DNA of 49,138 nt from Anaerolineales bacterium (GTDB taxonomy: Bacteria; Chloroflexota; Anaerolineae; Anaerolineales; UBA11579), in NCBI GenBank assembly GCA_040902265.1, contig JBBDXQ010000014.1, positions 1 through 49,138 of the forward strand, given 5' to 3'. This document shows, one piece after another, positions 9,850 through 20,302 of this stretch (within the stretch, counting starts at the first letter, position 1; every line of letters begins with the position of its first letter). Under the pieces are notes generated by a model that was not told the origin of the DNA, searched no databases, and saw nothing but the letters and a program-made list of their open reading frames with translations. Position numbers and translations under genes: made by a program.

Positions 9850-10302
9850 ATGCGGGTTGCACTTGTCTCCATTCTGATAGCTGCCGGCCTAAGTGCCTGC
9901 ACTCTCCCAGATCCCGCCTCCGGCATTCCGGAATCGTGGCATCTTTCCCTTGAAGTTAGCGGCGGCCTCGCCGGTATCCATCGCCAACTGACGCTTTCAA
10001 GCCTCGGGGAACTTGTCGCCACCGACCACAACACCGCAACCGTCGTAGCTCTCCAGATTTCCGCAGCTGAACTCATTGAGGTTGCCAACCTGGTCTCGCG
10101 CATCCAGCTCGCAGCTACCGCTCCAGCGGGGTCCCTGCCGCCCTGCAACGATTGCTTTGAGTACACCCTCGGCATCTCCTTGGGCCGTGAACAGATCGAA
10201 ATAGTCGCAAATGATATCTCCCTGGCAGATTCACCCTTTGCGCCTCTGGTCAGCAAATTGAATGACTTGTTACAAAAAGCGCTTACTGGCGATGTTGATT
10301 AG
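9850..10302 (+). CDS. Lipoprotein with emfourin (protealysin inhibitor, M4in)-like domain
   Basis: Lipobox LSAC (Cys17); SGGLAG and DCFEY match emfourin SGGFAG and DxFxY as recalled; immediately upstream of an M4 peptidase. Confidence 0.65.
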   Translation: MRVALVSILIAAGLSACTLPDPASGIPESWHLSLEVSGGLAGIHRQLTLSSLGELVATDHNTATVVALQISAAELIEVANLVSRIQLAATAPAGSLPPCNDCFEYTLGISLGREQIEIVANDISLADSPFAPLVSKLNDLLQKALTGDVD

Positions 10303-10344
10303 GTAGCGCTTTAGATAATGGTTCCAGTTCTCTGAGGAGAGAGC

Positions 10345-13140
10345 ATGAAAACAGCCAAGCAATTAGTCAGCATCCTGTTTATCTTATCGCTCCTGGTGGC
10401 GCAGTTCCCTGCATCCGCCCAGGGATCACTTCCCGCTGTGGCGGACTCAAGCCAACTGGTCTCACCAGAGGTCTTGGAGGCCGCTTTCCGGCTGCAAGAT
10501 GAGGGCGTCAGGATCTCGTTCCACGCCCAGACCGGATTGGTTAGCTTCCTGGCAGCCCAGGAAGGGCTGTCAATTCAACGCCTTCCCTCCATGTCTGCCG
10601 GGGACTCCCCAGAGGGTTTGGGACGCGGCTATTTGGCCGCCTACGGCTCCTTGTTCGGGCTGACCGGTAACGCAAAACAGCTCAGGGCGATGCGCCAATC
10701 TTCTGGCGAAAACGGCCTGCGCGGAATTCATTTCCAGCAGCTAAATAACGGCATCCCCGTCTTGGGCGGTGAGCTCATCGTTCAAATGGATGCTGGTGGC
10801 AACCTGCTCTCCATCAACGGAGAGATTTTGCCAAACATCACCGTGTCCACCACTCCATCGCTCAACGCGTCCGCCGCCAAAAACATTGCCCTGGACCTTG
10901 CCGCAGGCCAATATGAAGTCGCCGCCTCCGCACTCAGCGCTTCGGAACCCGAACTCTGGATCTACAATCCGGTTCTCACCAGCGATGTCGCCGGCAAAAC
11001 ATCCCTGGTTTGGCGCACAGAAATAACCCACGAATTCGCACCCATCCGCGAGTTGGTCCTCGTCGATGCTCAGTCCGGCGCTATCGTCCTGAACTTCAAC
11101 CAGGTCGATACTGCTCGCAACCGGCTAACCTATACCTGCAACAACAGCGGCACCTGCTCCGCGCCAGTGCTGGTGTGCAACGAGGCAGATCCAACTTGCG
11201 CCGCTGGGGATGCCGACGCCAAAGCCGCCCATAAATACGCCGGGGAAACGTATGATTTTTACAAGGCCTACCATAATCGCGACAGCATCAACAACGCAGG
11301 AATGAGTCTAATCTCCCGGGTGCACTACAGTTCAGGCTACTGTAACGCCTTTTGGAACGGCTCCTCCATGACCTACGGCGATGGTTGTTCTAGTTCTATC
11401 GTCGTGGATGATGTCGTTGCTCATGAGTTGACCCACGGCGTCACCCAATATGAATCCAACCTGGTCTACTCATATCAATCGGGCGCCATCAATGAATCGC
11501 TCTCCGATGTCTGGGGTGAGTTTGTTGATCTGACCAACTCCAGCGGCAACGATGCCGCTGCAGTCAAATGGCTGATGGGAGAAGATATTGTCGGGACCGG
11601 CCCCTTCCGCAGTATGAAGAACCCTCCCGCCTACGGCGACCCTGACCGCATGGGTAGTCCTCTGTACTACAAGGGAACGGGGGATAACGGCGGCGTGCAC
11701 ACCAATAGCGGAGTTGGTAACAAAGCGGCTTTCCTCATTACCGATGGCGGCACCTTCAACGGGCAAACCATCGTTGGCCTGGGCATTACCAAGACCGCCA
11801 AGATCTTCTATCGGGTGCAGACCGCCCTGCTCACCAGCAGCTCGAACTACGCCGACCTGGGAAACGCCCTCTATCAGGCTTGCATTAACCTGGTCGGCAC
11901 CAGCGGCATCACCACAGCCAACTGCGCCAATGTCCGCAAGGCGACCATTGCTACACAAATGGTGAAGGACAGCAGCAAACCTGTCCCGCTTAAACCCGCA
12001 GGGACGATCACAGACAAGACTCCTACTTTCGTCTGGACCAAAGCCACTGGCGCGAGCCAGTATCAGGTCCAGTTGCTAAAGGGAACCAAGGTCATATACA
12101 CATTCATAGCTGGCGCGGCAACCTGCAAAGGATCGAATTGCTCCAAGACGCCTGCCAAGGCCTTGGCCCTTGGAACCTATAAGTGGCGCGTGCGCCCTGC
12201 CATAGGCGGGTGGAAAGCCTGGAGTGCCTGGAAAGTGTTCAAACTTGCCGCACCTGCGGCTGGCTTCAATTCACCGTTCACTAGCAATGCTGCAGGCTGG
12301 GCGAAAGTAAGCGGAGCCTGGGCGCTCAAGGGGGGCAGCTACACCAGCAACGGTCTTCCTTACAAATGGGCGAGCATTGTCCACAGTAACAATTACCCAA
12401 CCCTGACCTACTCGGTAAAGATGAAGCGAACAGGTAGTGAATACAGCCTTGCTAATGCGGTTTGGTTCCGCGGAAAAGCGACCCCGCTGGATAGCGCCAA
12501 TCATTGGCATAACGGCTACTACTTCGCCTATTCCAACACTGGCCATTTCCTAATTGGTTACTACAAGTCCGGCTCTTTCTACGCGCTGCTACCCTGGACC
12601 TACTCCAGCCGCATCAGCCAAAATGGCTGGAATACGCTGAAGGTCACTGCGAACGGCTCCTATGTGCAGTTCTTCATCAATGGTACTCGGGTGGCTTATG
12701 GGACTGTCTCCGTTTTCAGTACCGGGCAGGTCGGCCTTGGCTTTTACCGAAACTCGCCCGCAGGTTCTTTGGCCGTTGATTGGGCCACACTGGCAATGAC
12801 TGCCCCCAAGTCAATTGCTGGCAGCCAGGGATTTAACTTTAATGAATCTGCGGTTTACCAGGGTGTCGATCCATCGGGCTTTACGCTTTCACCGACAGAG
12901 ACGCCGGTACCGACGGCCACTCCCACCCTGACGCCAACACCGACTGAAGTCGTGCCAACCGACACTCCGACCGCACCGCCCACTGAGGTCCCCAGCGATA
13001 CGCCCTCCGACATACCGAGCGACACGCCGACGGATACTCCTCCCAGCGAAACGCCAACCGAGCCCCCGGTCGACACGCCGACAGATTCGCCAACCGAACC
13101 ACCCGCTGAGACTCCTACTGAAACACCAACGCCTTCCTAA
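10345..13140 (+). CDS. Secreted M4 (thermolysin-type) metallopeptidase with FTP/PepSY propeptide, Fn3-like and lectin-like domains, Pro/Thr tail
   Basis: NAFWNG, HELTHG, GAINESLSD, DNGGVHTNSG; signal peptide; FQQLNNGIPVLGG (FTP); acidic PT(D/E)TP tail. Confidence 0.95.
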   Translation: MKTAKQLVSILFILSLLVAQFPASAQGSLPAVADSSQLVSPEVLEAAFRLQDEGVRISFHAQTGLVSFLAAQEGLSIQRLPSMSAGDSPEGLGRGYLAAYGSLFGLTGNAKQLRAMRQSSGENGLRGIHFQQLNNGIPVLGGELIVQMDAGGNLLSINGEILPNITVSTTPSLNASAAKNIALDLAAGQYEVAASALSASEPELWIYNPVLTSDVAGKTSLVWRTEITHEFAPIRELVLVDAQSGAIVLNFNQVDTARNRLTYTCNNSGTCSAPVLVCNEADPTCAAGDADAKAAHKYAGETYDFYKAYHNRDSINNAGMSLISRVHYSSGYCNAFWNGSSMTYGDGCSSSIVVDDVVAHELTHGVTQYESNLVYSYQSGAINESLSDVWGEFVDLTNSSGNDAAAVKWLMGEDIVGTGPFRSMKNPPAYGDPDRMGSPLYYKGTGDNGGVHTNSGVGNKAAFLITDGGTFNGQTIVGLGITKTAKIFYRVQTALLTSSSNYADLGNALYQACINLVGTSGITTANCANVRKATIATQMVKDSSKPVPLKPAGTITDKTPTFVWTKATGASQYQVQLLKGTKVIYTFIAGAATCKGSNCSKTPAKALALGTYKWRVRPAIGGWKAWSAWKVFKLAAPAAGFNSPFTSNAAGWAKVSGAWALKGGSYTSNGLPYKWASIVHSNNYPTLTYSVKMKRTGSEYSLANAVWFRGKATPLDSANHWHNGYYFAYSNTGHFLIGYYKSGSFYALLPWTYSSRISQNGWNTLKVTANGSYVQFFINGTRVAYGTVSVFSTGQVGLGFYRNSPAGSLAVDWATLAMTAPKSIAGSQGFNFNESAVYQGVDPSGFTLSPTETPVPTATPTLTPTPTEVVPTDTPTAPPTEVPSDTPSDIPSDTPTDTPPSETPTEPPVDTPTDSPTEPPAETPTETPTPS

Positions 13141-13164
13141 CAGGCTTGAGCTTTCTCAGTAGCG

Positions 13165-13201
13165 CCAGGCTGCTTGCACGGTGCAAGCAGCCTGGTTTTT
13201 T
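13165..13201 (+). terminator. Intrinsic terminator
   Basis: CCAGGCTGCTTGCA / TGCAAGCAGCCTGG perfect stem followed by T6. Confidence 0.92.
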
Positions 13202-13237
13202 GGAGAGCTCTCACCCCTGCTGTAAAATGAACAACCC

Positions 13238-14185
13238 ATGGCACAACACACCCCCACCCGTGACCGCGTAAAGCTGGAAGACATCCAACTCGCTCCAGCG
13301 CCCCAGCGTCGCCCCGCCTGGATCCGCGTGCGCGCCCCGATGGGTGAAAGCTACGAGAATATCAAGCGCCTCATGCGCAGCAAGGCGCTGCACACTGTGT
13401 GCGAAGAGGCCATGTGCCCCAACATCGGCGAATGCTGGGGAGATGGCACCGCCACCTTCCTCATGCTGGGGGATGTGTGCACCCGCAGCTGCGGCTTTTG
13501 CGACATCAAGCGCGGCCTGCCCAATGCGATGGACTGGGCCGAGCCGCTGCGTGTAGCCCAGGCTGTCAAAGACATGGACCTGAAGCACGCCGTGATCACC
13601 AGCGTCAACCGCGACGAGCGTGCCGACGGCGGAGCGCCAATCTTTGCCATGGTCATCAAGCGCATCCGCCTCATCCATCCAGGCTGCTCGATAGAAGTCC
13701 TGATCCCCGATTTCAAAGGCAGCGCCGAAGCGCTGCGCATCGTGATGGAAGCCCGGCCGGAGATCCTCAACCATAACGTGGAAACAGTGCCGCGCCTCTT
13801 TAAAAAAGTGCAGCCCCAGGATAATTACGATTGGGCGGCAGCCACTCTCAGCCACGCCAAACAAATGGACCCCGAAGTGCTCACCAAGAGCGGCATCATG
13901 CTGGGCCTTGGCGAGACCATGGACGAGGTTAAAGCTGTGATGCGCGACCAGCGCTCTTGGGGGGTCGACATCCTCACCGTCGGCCAATACCTGCAGCCCA
14001 GCAAGAAACACCTGCCCATCGAGCGTTACTACACCCCAGAAGAGTTCAGCGAGATCAAGGAGTACGGACTCGGCATTGGCTTCCAGTGGGTGGAGAGCGG
14101 CCCGCTGGTACGCTCCAGCTACCACGCCGCTGAGCAGGTGCGAACCTTGAGTGCCGTTCATCGCGCTCTTTACGGCATGGCTTAG
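13238..14185 (+). CDS. lipA: Lipoyl synthase (radical SAM)
   Basis: [42 protein letters not shown]. Confidence 0.97.
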   Translation: MAQHTPTRDRVKLEDIQLAPAPQRRPAWIRVRAPMGESYENIKRLMRSKALHTVCEEAMCPNIGECWGDGTATFLMLGDVCTRSCGFCDIKRGLPNAMDWAEPLRVAQAVKDMDLKHAVITSVNRDERADGGAPIFAMVIKRIRLIHPGCSIEVLIPDFKGSAEALRIVMEARPEILNHNVETVPRLFKKVQPQDNYDWAAATLSHAKQMDPEVLTKSGIMLGLGETMDEVKAVMRDQRSWGVDILTVGQYLQPSKKHLPIERYYTPEEFSEIKEYGLGIGFQWVESGPLVRSSYHAAEQVRTLSAVHRALYGMA

Positions 14186-14321
14186 CTATTCTGGAGAATC
14201 GTTTCCCGGCGCAGCCGGGAAATTTCTCCAACGCGTTGCGAAGCAACGCAAGTGCACCGCAAGTTGTACGGCCACTCGACAAATTAAACTATTTCCATCA
14301 CCCCCATTTTTTTTATAAACC

Positions 14322-14847
14322 TTAGCGCCTCGCTCGTGAGTCGATCAGTCCGCGGGTCGCACCGTAGATGTATCGATTGTCCTCCAGAAAGCCATGAGGG
14401 AATCCCAAATCGAACAAGGGTGTGAAATCTAAATCAGCGCTGGCCCGGAGGGCAGCCACGCGCACCGGCTCTACTTTACGCAGGACTATATCGTATGGCA
14501 ATAATTCACTAGTCTCGATCTGATCAATGCGCCCTTCGATGCGCGCCAAGCGCTCCAGATCTTCCCTGACCTTGTCCTGGAATTCAGCCCGCTTGAGCAG
14601 CAACATGCCGCGCATCTCTTCGGCAGAGACTTGCCGCGCGAGAAGCTTGCGGATCTGGTCCAGGGAAAACCCCAGGTCCTGCAAAGTGAGGATGCGATGC
14701 AAGCGAGGGAAGCTGGTCTGCTGAGTAATAGCGATAGTCTGTCAGGGGATCCACACGAGAAGGTCTCAGTAGCCCTAATTCATCGTAATGCCGCAGCATG
14801 CGCACGGACACGCGGCTGAACTTCGAAAAATCGCCTATGCGGAACAT
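14322..14847 (-). pseudogene. MerR/BmrR-type regulator, frameshifted, effector domain truncated
   Basis: MFRIGDFSKFSRVSVRMLRHYDELGLL...YRYYSADQLP, one extra base at about 14707-14710 (CTT CCC T CGC), then RLHRILTLQDLGFSL; the GyrI-like domain breaks off after VAALR. Confidence 0.85.
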
Positions 14848-14853
14848 GGCCAA

Positions 14854-14884
14854 AGTATACGGTCTCTCACTGTGTGAGAGTCAA
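14854..14884 (-). promoter_or_regulatory. MerR-type promoter: 19-bp spacer with dyad operator; leaderless transcript
   Basis: Minus strand TTGACT (14884-14879), 19 bp, TATACT (14859-14854); dyad CTCTCAC-aca-GTGAGAG; ATG 6 nt after the -10 and no SD. Confidence 0.85.
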
Positions 14885-14947
14885 GGGTGAATTCGGGTGT
14901 AAAATTCGCCGTTGCATCCTTGTTCTTTCATTTTTTAGGAGGCTTTA

Positions 14948-15976
14948 GTGGCTGAAAACCGAACTCTGCAACCAACGCCGCGCTGGCTCTACGCAATCCT
15001 GAACTGGGTCAAGCGCACTCCCGGCCGGGGCTGGCTGCTTGCAGCAATCATCTTTGGCGCTGGCATCCTACTGATCCATTGGCCGCTGTGGCTCGCAGGT
15101 GTAAGAACCCCGTATGAGATCGATCCCGCGCTCATCTTTCCGGCCTCCTGGTTCCCGCTAGGCTTGGTGTTTTGGCTGTGGATGGATGGGGTTGCCCAAA
15201 CTACCATCACAGATTTTTGCAGCGGTCTGGGCAAGACCAGCAAAGAAACGCAGCATCTCTATATCTCCTTTATCTCCCTTGGCGAGAGACTTGCGTTGAT
15301 TTTAGTACTGGGCGGATTGTTTCTGGGATTCGGCTATCAAGTACAACAAACGTCCACATTAGGCATCACCGACCCCGTGCAGCTCTTCCTTGGCAGCCTC
15401 GTCCCCGGCTTGGGCAGTGTAATGGAACTGCTGGCCGTGGCTCGCGTCATTAAGCAATTGTTCACTGTCAATTCACTTTATAAGGAAATCAAGCGCATCA
15501 ACCTGTTCAATCTTTGGCCGGTCTACGCATTGTCACGCTACGGCTACATATTGGCGTTAGCTTTTATCTTGATCACAGTAGCTATCGATCTGGTGGTCCG
15601 CCTGGACGGCGGCGCAGGATTGGCCTTAGAAAACATTTTTTATACATTGGCACTTTCGCTAGTGGTGTTCCTCGCCCCTATGCTGGGTATCAACGCCCGC
15701 CTGCGCCGCGAAAAGCAAACTGACCTGCAGCGCATGGGATCTGAAATCAATGCCATCTATATGGAAACCGAAGCGGCTATACGCAGCCGCAAGCTTGCCA
15801 GGGTGCCGGCTTTGAAAACCGCCGCCAGCGCGCTGCGCGAGCAAATGGACACTGTTCAAAAAGTGGCGACCTGGCCGTGGAACCCGGGTTCGCTCCGCAA
15901 TTTGCTGATACCGGTTTTGCTACCGCTTTTCATCGCCATCTTGCAAAGATACCTGGTGACTTTTCTGGGGATCTAA
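14948..15976 (+). CDS. Hypothetical polytopic membrane protein
   Basis: About 7 hydrophobic segments, coiled region, C-terminal TWPW motif; AGGAGG SD before GTG. Confidence 0.8.
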   Translation: MAENRTLQPTPRWLYAILNWVKRTPGRGWLLAAIIFGAGILLIHWPLWLAGVRTPYEIDPALIFPASWFPLGLVFWLWMDGVAQTTITDFCSGLGKTSKETQHLYISFISLGERLALILVLGGLFLGFGYQVQQTSTLGITDPVQLFLGSLVPGLGSVMELLAVARVIKQLFTVNSLYKEIKRINLFNLWPVYALSRYGYILALAFILITVAIDLVVRLDGGAGLALENIFYTLALSLVVFLAPMLGINARLRREKQTDLQRMGSEINAIYMETEAAIRSRKLARVPALKTAASALREQMDTVQKVATWPWNPGSLRNLLIPVLLPLFIAILQRYLVTFLGI

Positions 15977-15998
15977 GCAACTCGCTGGCAGTAGATCA

Positions 15999-16097
15999 CT
16001 AAAGGTGGCGCAGAAAGGAATCAGGGTCGGAGAGAAAATCGCGGGTCAGCGTCACGTGCTCAAGGTCTCGATAGTCCATTCTCTTCAGGGGGAGGGT
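15999..16097 (-). pseudogene. 3' remnant of a predicted ABC/AAA ATPase (COG3910-like)
   Basis: Minus strand reads LPLKRMDYRDLEHVTLTRDFLSDPDSFLRHL-stop, resembling the C-terminus of that family from memory; the rest of the gene is absent. Confidence 0.45.
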
Positions 16098-16131
16098 TTA
16101 GCAGGTAATTGGATGCTGCGCAAATGTTGCA

Positions 16132-16797
16132 TCAGGCTAATGGGATCTTTTGCAGAATCTCACCTAAAGTCAGGTCTGCCAGCGAATTTAATCTTAGGTC
16201 CGCATTCTCAAAACGCAGTTGCGCCGTCACTTTATTAGGCACCGCCACGCAGAACAGTCCGGCCGCTTTGGCAGCCTTGACGCCATTGGGCGAGTCCTCG
16301 AACACAATCCCTTCAGACGGTTCAATTCCCAACGCGTCCATGGCTGCCAGGTAGAGCTGAGGGTGAGGCTTGGTGCGTTCCACGTCGTCAGCAGTCTTGA
16401 TCGTGTCGAAGCGCTGGTAGAGCCCCAGGCGAGCCAGGTGCCCGCGTACCCAGTTCTCTGGCGAACTCGAAGCCACGCCGAGAGCCAGCTCGAGCCGCTC
16501 GGCCGCCTCGAGAACATCCAGCACACCAGGCAGCACGTGCTGCTGGGTGATCGTGTCCAGATATTGTTTGCGGCGGCTGATCCAAATTTCCTCGCGGTCC
16601 AGCGTTTGGCCGCAGAGCTGCTCTAGGTGACTATGTGGGTCGAAGTCCGACGCGCCGGTGCCACCCACGATCTGGCCCCAGGATTCCACCGCTAGTTCGC
16701 AGCCATACAGCCGGTACACCTGCTGCCAGGATTCGTAGTCCGGCAGCTCGGTATCGAGAATGAGGCCGTCAAAATCAAAAATAAGCGCTTTTATCAT
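16132..16797 (-). CDS. HAD-superfamily phosphatase (subfamily IA variant 3)
   Basis: IFDFDGLILDTE, VASSS, KPHP, FEDSPNG. Confidence 0.93.
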   Translation of the reverse strand: MIKALIFDFDGLILDTELPDYESWQQVYRLYGCELAVESWGQIVGGTGASDFDPHSHLEQLCGQTLDREEIWISRRKQYLDTITQQHVLPGVLDVLEAAERLELALGVASSSPENWVRGHLARLGLYQRFDTIKTADDVERTKPHPQLYLAAMDALGIEPSEGIVFEDSPNGVKAAKAAGLFCVAVPNKVTAQLRFENADLRLNSLADLTLGEILQKIPLA

Positions 16798-16844
16798 GCT
16801 GGCGACACTGGAGCCTGTTGGTTGCGAAAAAGCAAGCCACCTTA

Positions 16845-17249
16845 TTAACCAACGCCATGCTGCAATTGGCGTCCATACTCATCGCTATCAAAGTGACCTT
16901 TCGACTCGGCCACGAGTCCATCATCACCAAATCGCCAATCTTCGTAACCACTGATCTGAATGCGATTGCCTGTGCCCCCTGGGCCTGAGTTGGTTCCCGT
17001 AAGCGTCCAATGAAAGATCGCGCCATCTGATTTTGGCTCAAGTCCATCCATGGCCACTACCATATCAGGAAAATCTGTCATGAAACTCTGCGCCACTTCG
17101 GCAATTGCCTTACGCCCCTTTGCAGGAGTGCCATCATTGACGCTGAGAGAACCGTTCTCTGAGAAAAAGGCAGCCACGCTGTCAGGGACTTGGCTGCACC
17201 ACGCCTTTGCGTACCGACGACCAAATTCGTTCAATTCTGTTAGATCCAA
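16845..17249 (-). CDS. SnoaL/NTF2-like protein (ester cyclase family)
   Basis: YAKAW...FMTDFPDM...FHWTLTGTNSGPGGTG; GGAGG SD before TTG. Confidence 0.85.
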   Translation of the reverse strand: MDLTELNEFGRRYAKAWCSQVPDSVAAFFSENGSLSVNDGTPAKGRKAIAEVAQSFMTDFPDMVVAMDGLEPKSDGAIFHWTLTGTNSGPGGTGNRIQISGYEDWRFGDDGLVAESKGHFDSDEYGRQLQHGVG

Positions 17250-17319
17250 ATTTGTCCTCCAAGGGTTCTAAGCGACTCCACAGTCACTGTACCAATTGTA
17301 TTTCAATCTTTTGATATAT

Positions 17320-18774
<1,455 letters not shown>

Positions 18775-18776
18775 GC

Positions 18777-20294
18777 TTAGGGCAAAGCCGCGGTGGAGTT
18801 CTGGAAAATCGTTAAGAATTGTTCAACAGTCGGGTGTATTAGGTCAAAGAACGGCTTGGGATACAGACCGATCCAAAAGATGAGCACCAACAGCGGAATG
18901 ATGATGGCTAATTCGCGCCAGCTCAAGTCTTTAAGCTTTTCGTTGGCCTTCTTAGTTACCGGCCCGAGGAACATGGCCTGGAACATATAGAGGATGTAGA
19001 CCGCGGCCAGAATAACGCCGAAGGCGGCGATCACCGTGTACCAGATCGAGCCTAACGAGCCGCCCGCCTGCCCGGCGCCCCAGGCACCTAAAAGAATGGT
19101 GAACTCACCGACGAAACCGTTGAGCCCTGGCAGACCCATTGACGACAGACTGACGATCAGGGTGATGGCTGCATACACCGGCATCACTTGCCACAGGCCG
19201 CCGAACTCTTCCAAATCACGCGTGTGGCGCCGCTCATAAATAAAACCCACGATCAAAAACAAAGCGCCGGTACTGATGCCATGGTTCACCATCTGCAGGA
19301 TAGCGCCCTCAATACCCTGTGCGTTGAGCGCAAAGAGACCCAACATCACGAACCCCAAGTGGCTAATGGAGGAATAAGCTACCAATTTCTTTACATCCTT
19401 TTGCGAGAAGGAAACGATAGCCCCATAAATAATACCGATGACCGCCAGAGTCGCCATGGCGGGCGCAAGCTGCACCGCCGCCTGCGGGAACATGGGCAGG
19501 TTGAAACGCAGGAAGCCATAGGTGCCCATCTTCAGGAGCACGCCGGCCAGGATGACCGACCCAGCTGTAGGCGCTTGCACATGGGCATCCGGCAACCAGG
19601 AATGCAGGGGCCACATGGGCACTTTGATGGCGAAGGCTGCAGCGAAAGCCAGGAAGAGCCAATATTGGACGTCTCCGGGAATCCCACCCAGAGCCACCAG
19701 GTCGGGTACATAGAAGGTGCCCTGGTTGATGCCGAGCCAAAGGATAGCCAATAGCATCAGGATAGAACCAGCCATGGTGTACAGGAAGAATTTGATCGCG
19801 GCATACATACGTTGGCTGCCGCCCCAGATGCCGATCAGGAAGTACATGGGCACCAGAGTGAACTCCCAGAAGATATAGAACAAGAACAAGTCCTGCGCAA
19901 GAAAAACGCCAATCATGCCAACTTCCAGCAGAAGGAAGAACAACATGAAATCTCGCACCCGGTCCTCCACCGCGTTCCACGTCGACAGGATAGAGACGGG
20001 CGCCAGGAAAGTGGTCAGGAGCACCAGCAGTACGCTGAGGCCATCGATGCCCAAGGCATACTTGATGTTCCAGCCCGCCACCTGGATCCAATCGCGGTTG
20101 ACGACCAGTTGCAGCTCAGCGTTATTCGAGTCGAACAGGCTAAGCACCCACAACGAGATACCGAAGGTGATGAGCGAGGCACCCAGCGCCACCCAGCGAG
20201 CCAGGTCCTTGCGCTCCTTCAAAAAGAGCAGGGCAAGGACACCAAGCAGCGGAAAGAAGGTAACCAGGTTTAAAGGTTGCAGAATAAAGTCCAT
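18777..20294 (-). CDS. nuoM: NADH-quinone oxidoreductase subunit M
   Basis: FYIFWE, KFFLYT, KVPMWPLHSWLPDAH, LLKMGTYG, GFVGEF. Confidence 0.97.
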   Translation of the reverse strand: MDFILQPLNLVTFFPLLGVLALLFLKERKDLARWVALGASLITFGISLWVLSLFDSNNAELQLVVNRDWIQVAGWNIKYALGIDGLSVLLVLLTTFLAPVSILSTWNAVEDRVRDFMLFFLLLEVGMIGVFLAQDLFLFYIFWEFTLVPMYFLIGIWGGSQRMYAAIKFFLYTMAGSILMLLAILWLGINQGTFYVPDLVALGGIPGDVQYWLFLAFAAAFAIKVPMWPLHSWLPDAHVQAPTAGSVILAGVLLKMGTYGFLRFNLPMFPQAAVQLAPAMATLAVIGIIYGAIVSFSQKDVKKLVAYSSISHLGFVMLGLFALNAQGIEGAILQMVNHGISTGALFLIVGFIYERRHTRDLEEFGGLWQVMPVYAAITLIVSLSSMGLPGLNGFVGEFTILLGAWGAGQAGGSLGSIWYTVIAAFGVILAAVYILYMFQAMFLGPVTKKANEKLKDLSWRELAIIIPLLVLIFWIGLYPKPFFDLIHPTVEQFLTIFQNSTAALP

Positions 20295-20302
20295 ATCAAT
20301 CC

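Noticed and set aside
12890-13137. Repetitive DNA at the end of the M4 gene as an array
   Set aside because: Degenerate codon-level repeats of a Pro/Thr/Asp/Glu tail, not a nucleotide repeat-spacer structure.
13211-14161. 316-aa minus-strand ORF
   Set aside because: Antisense shadow of lipA.
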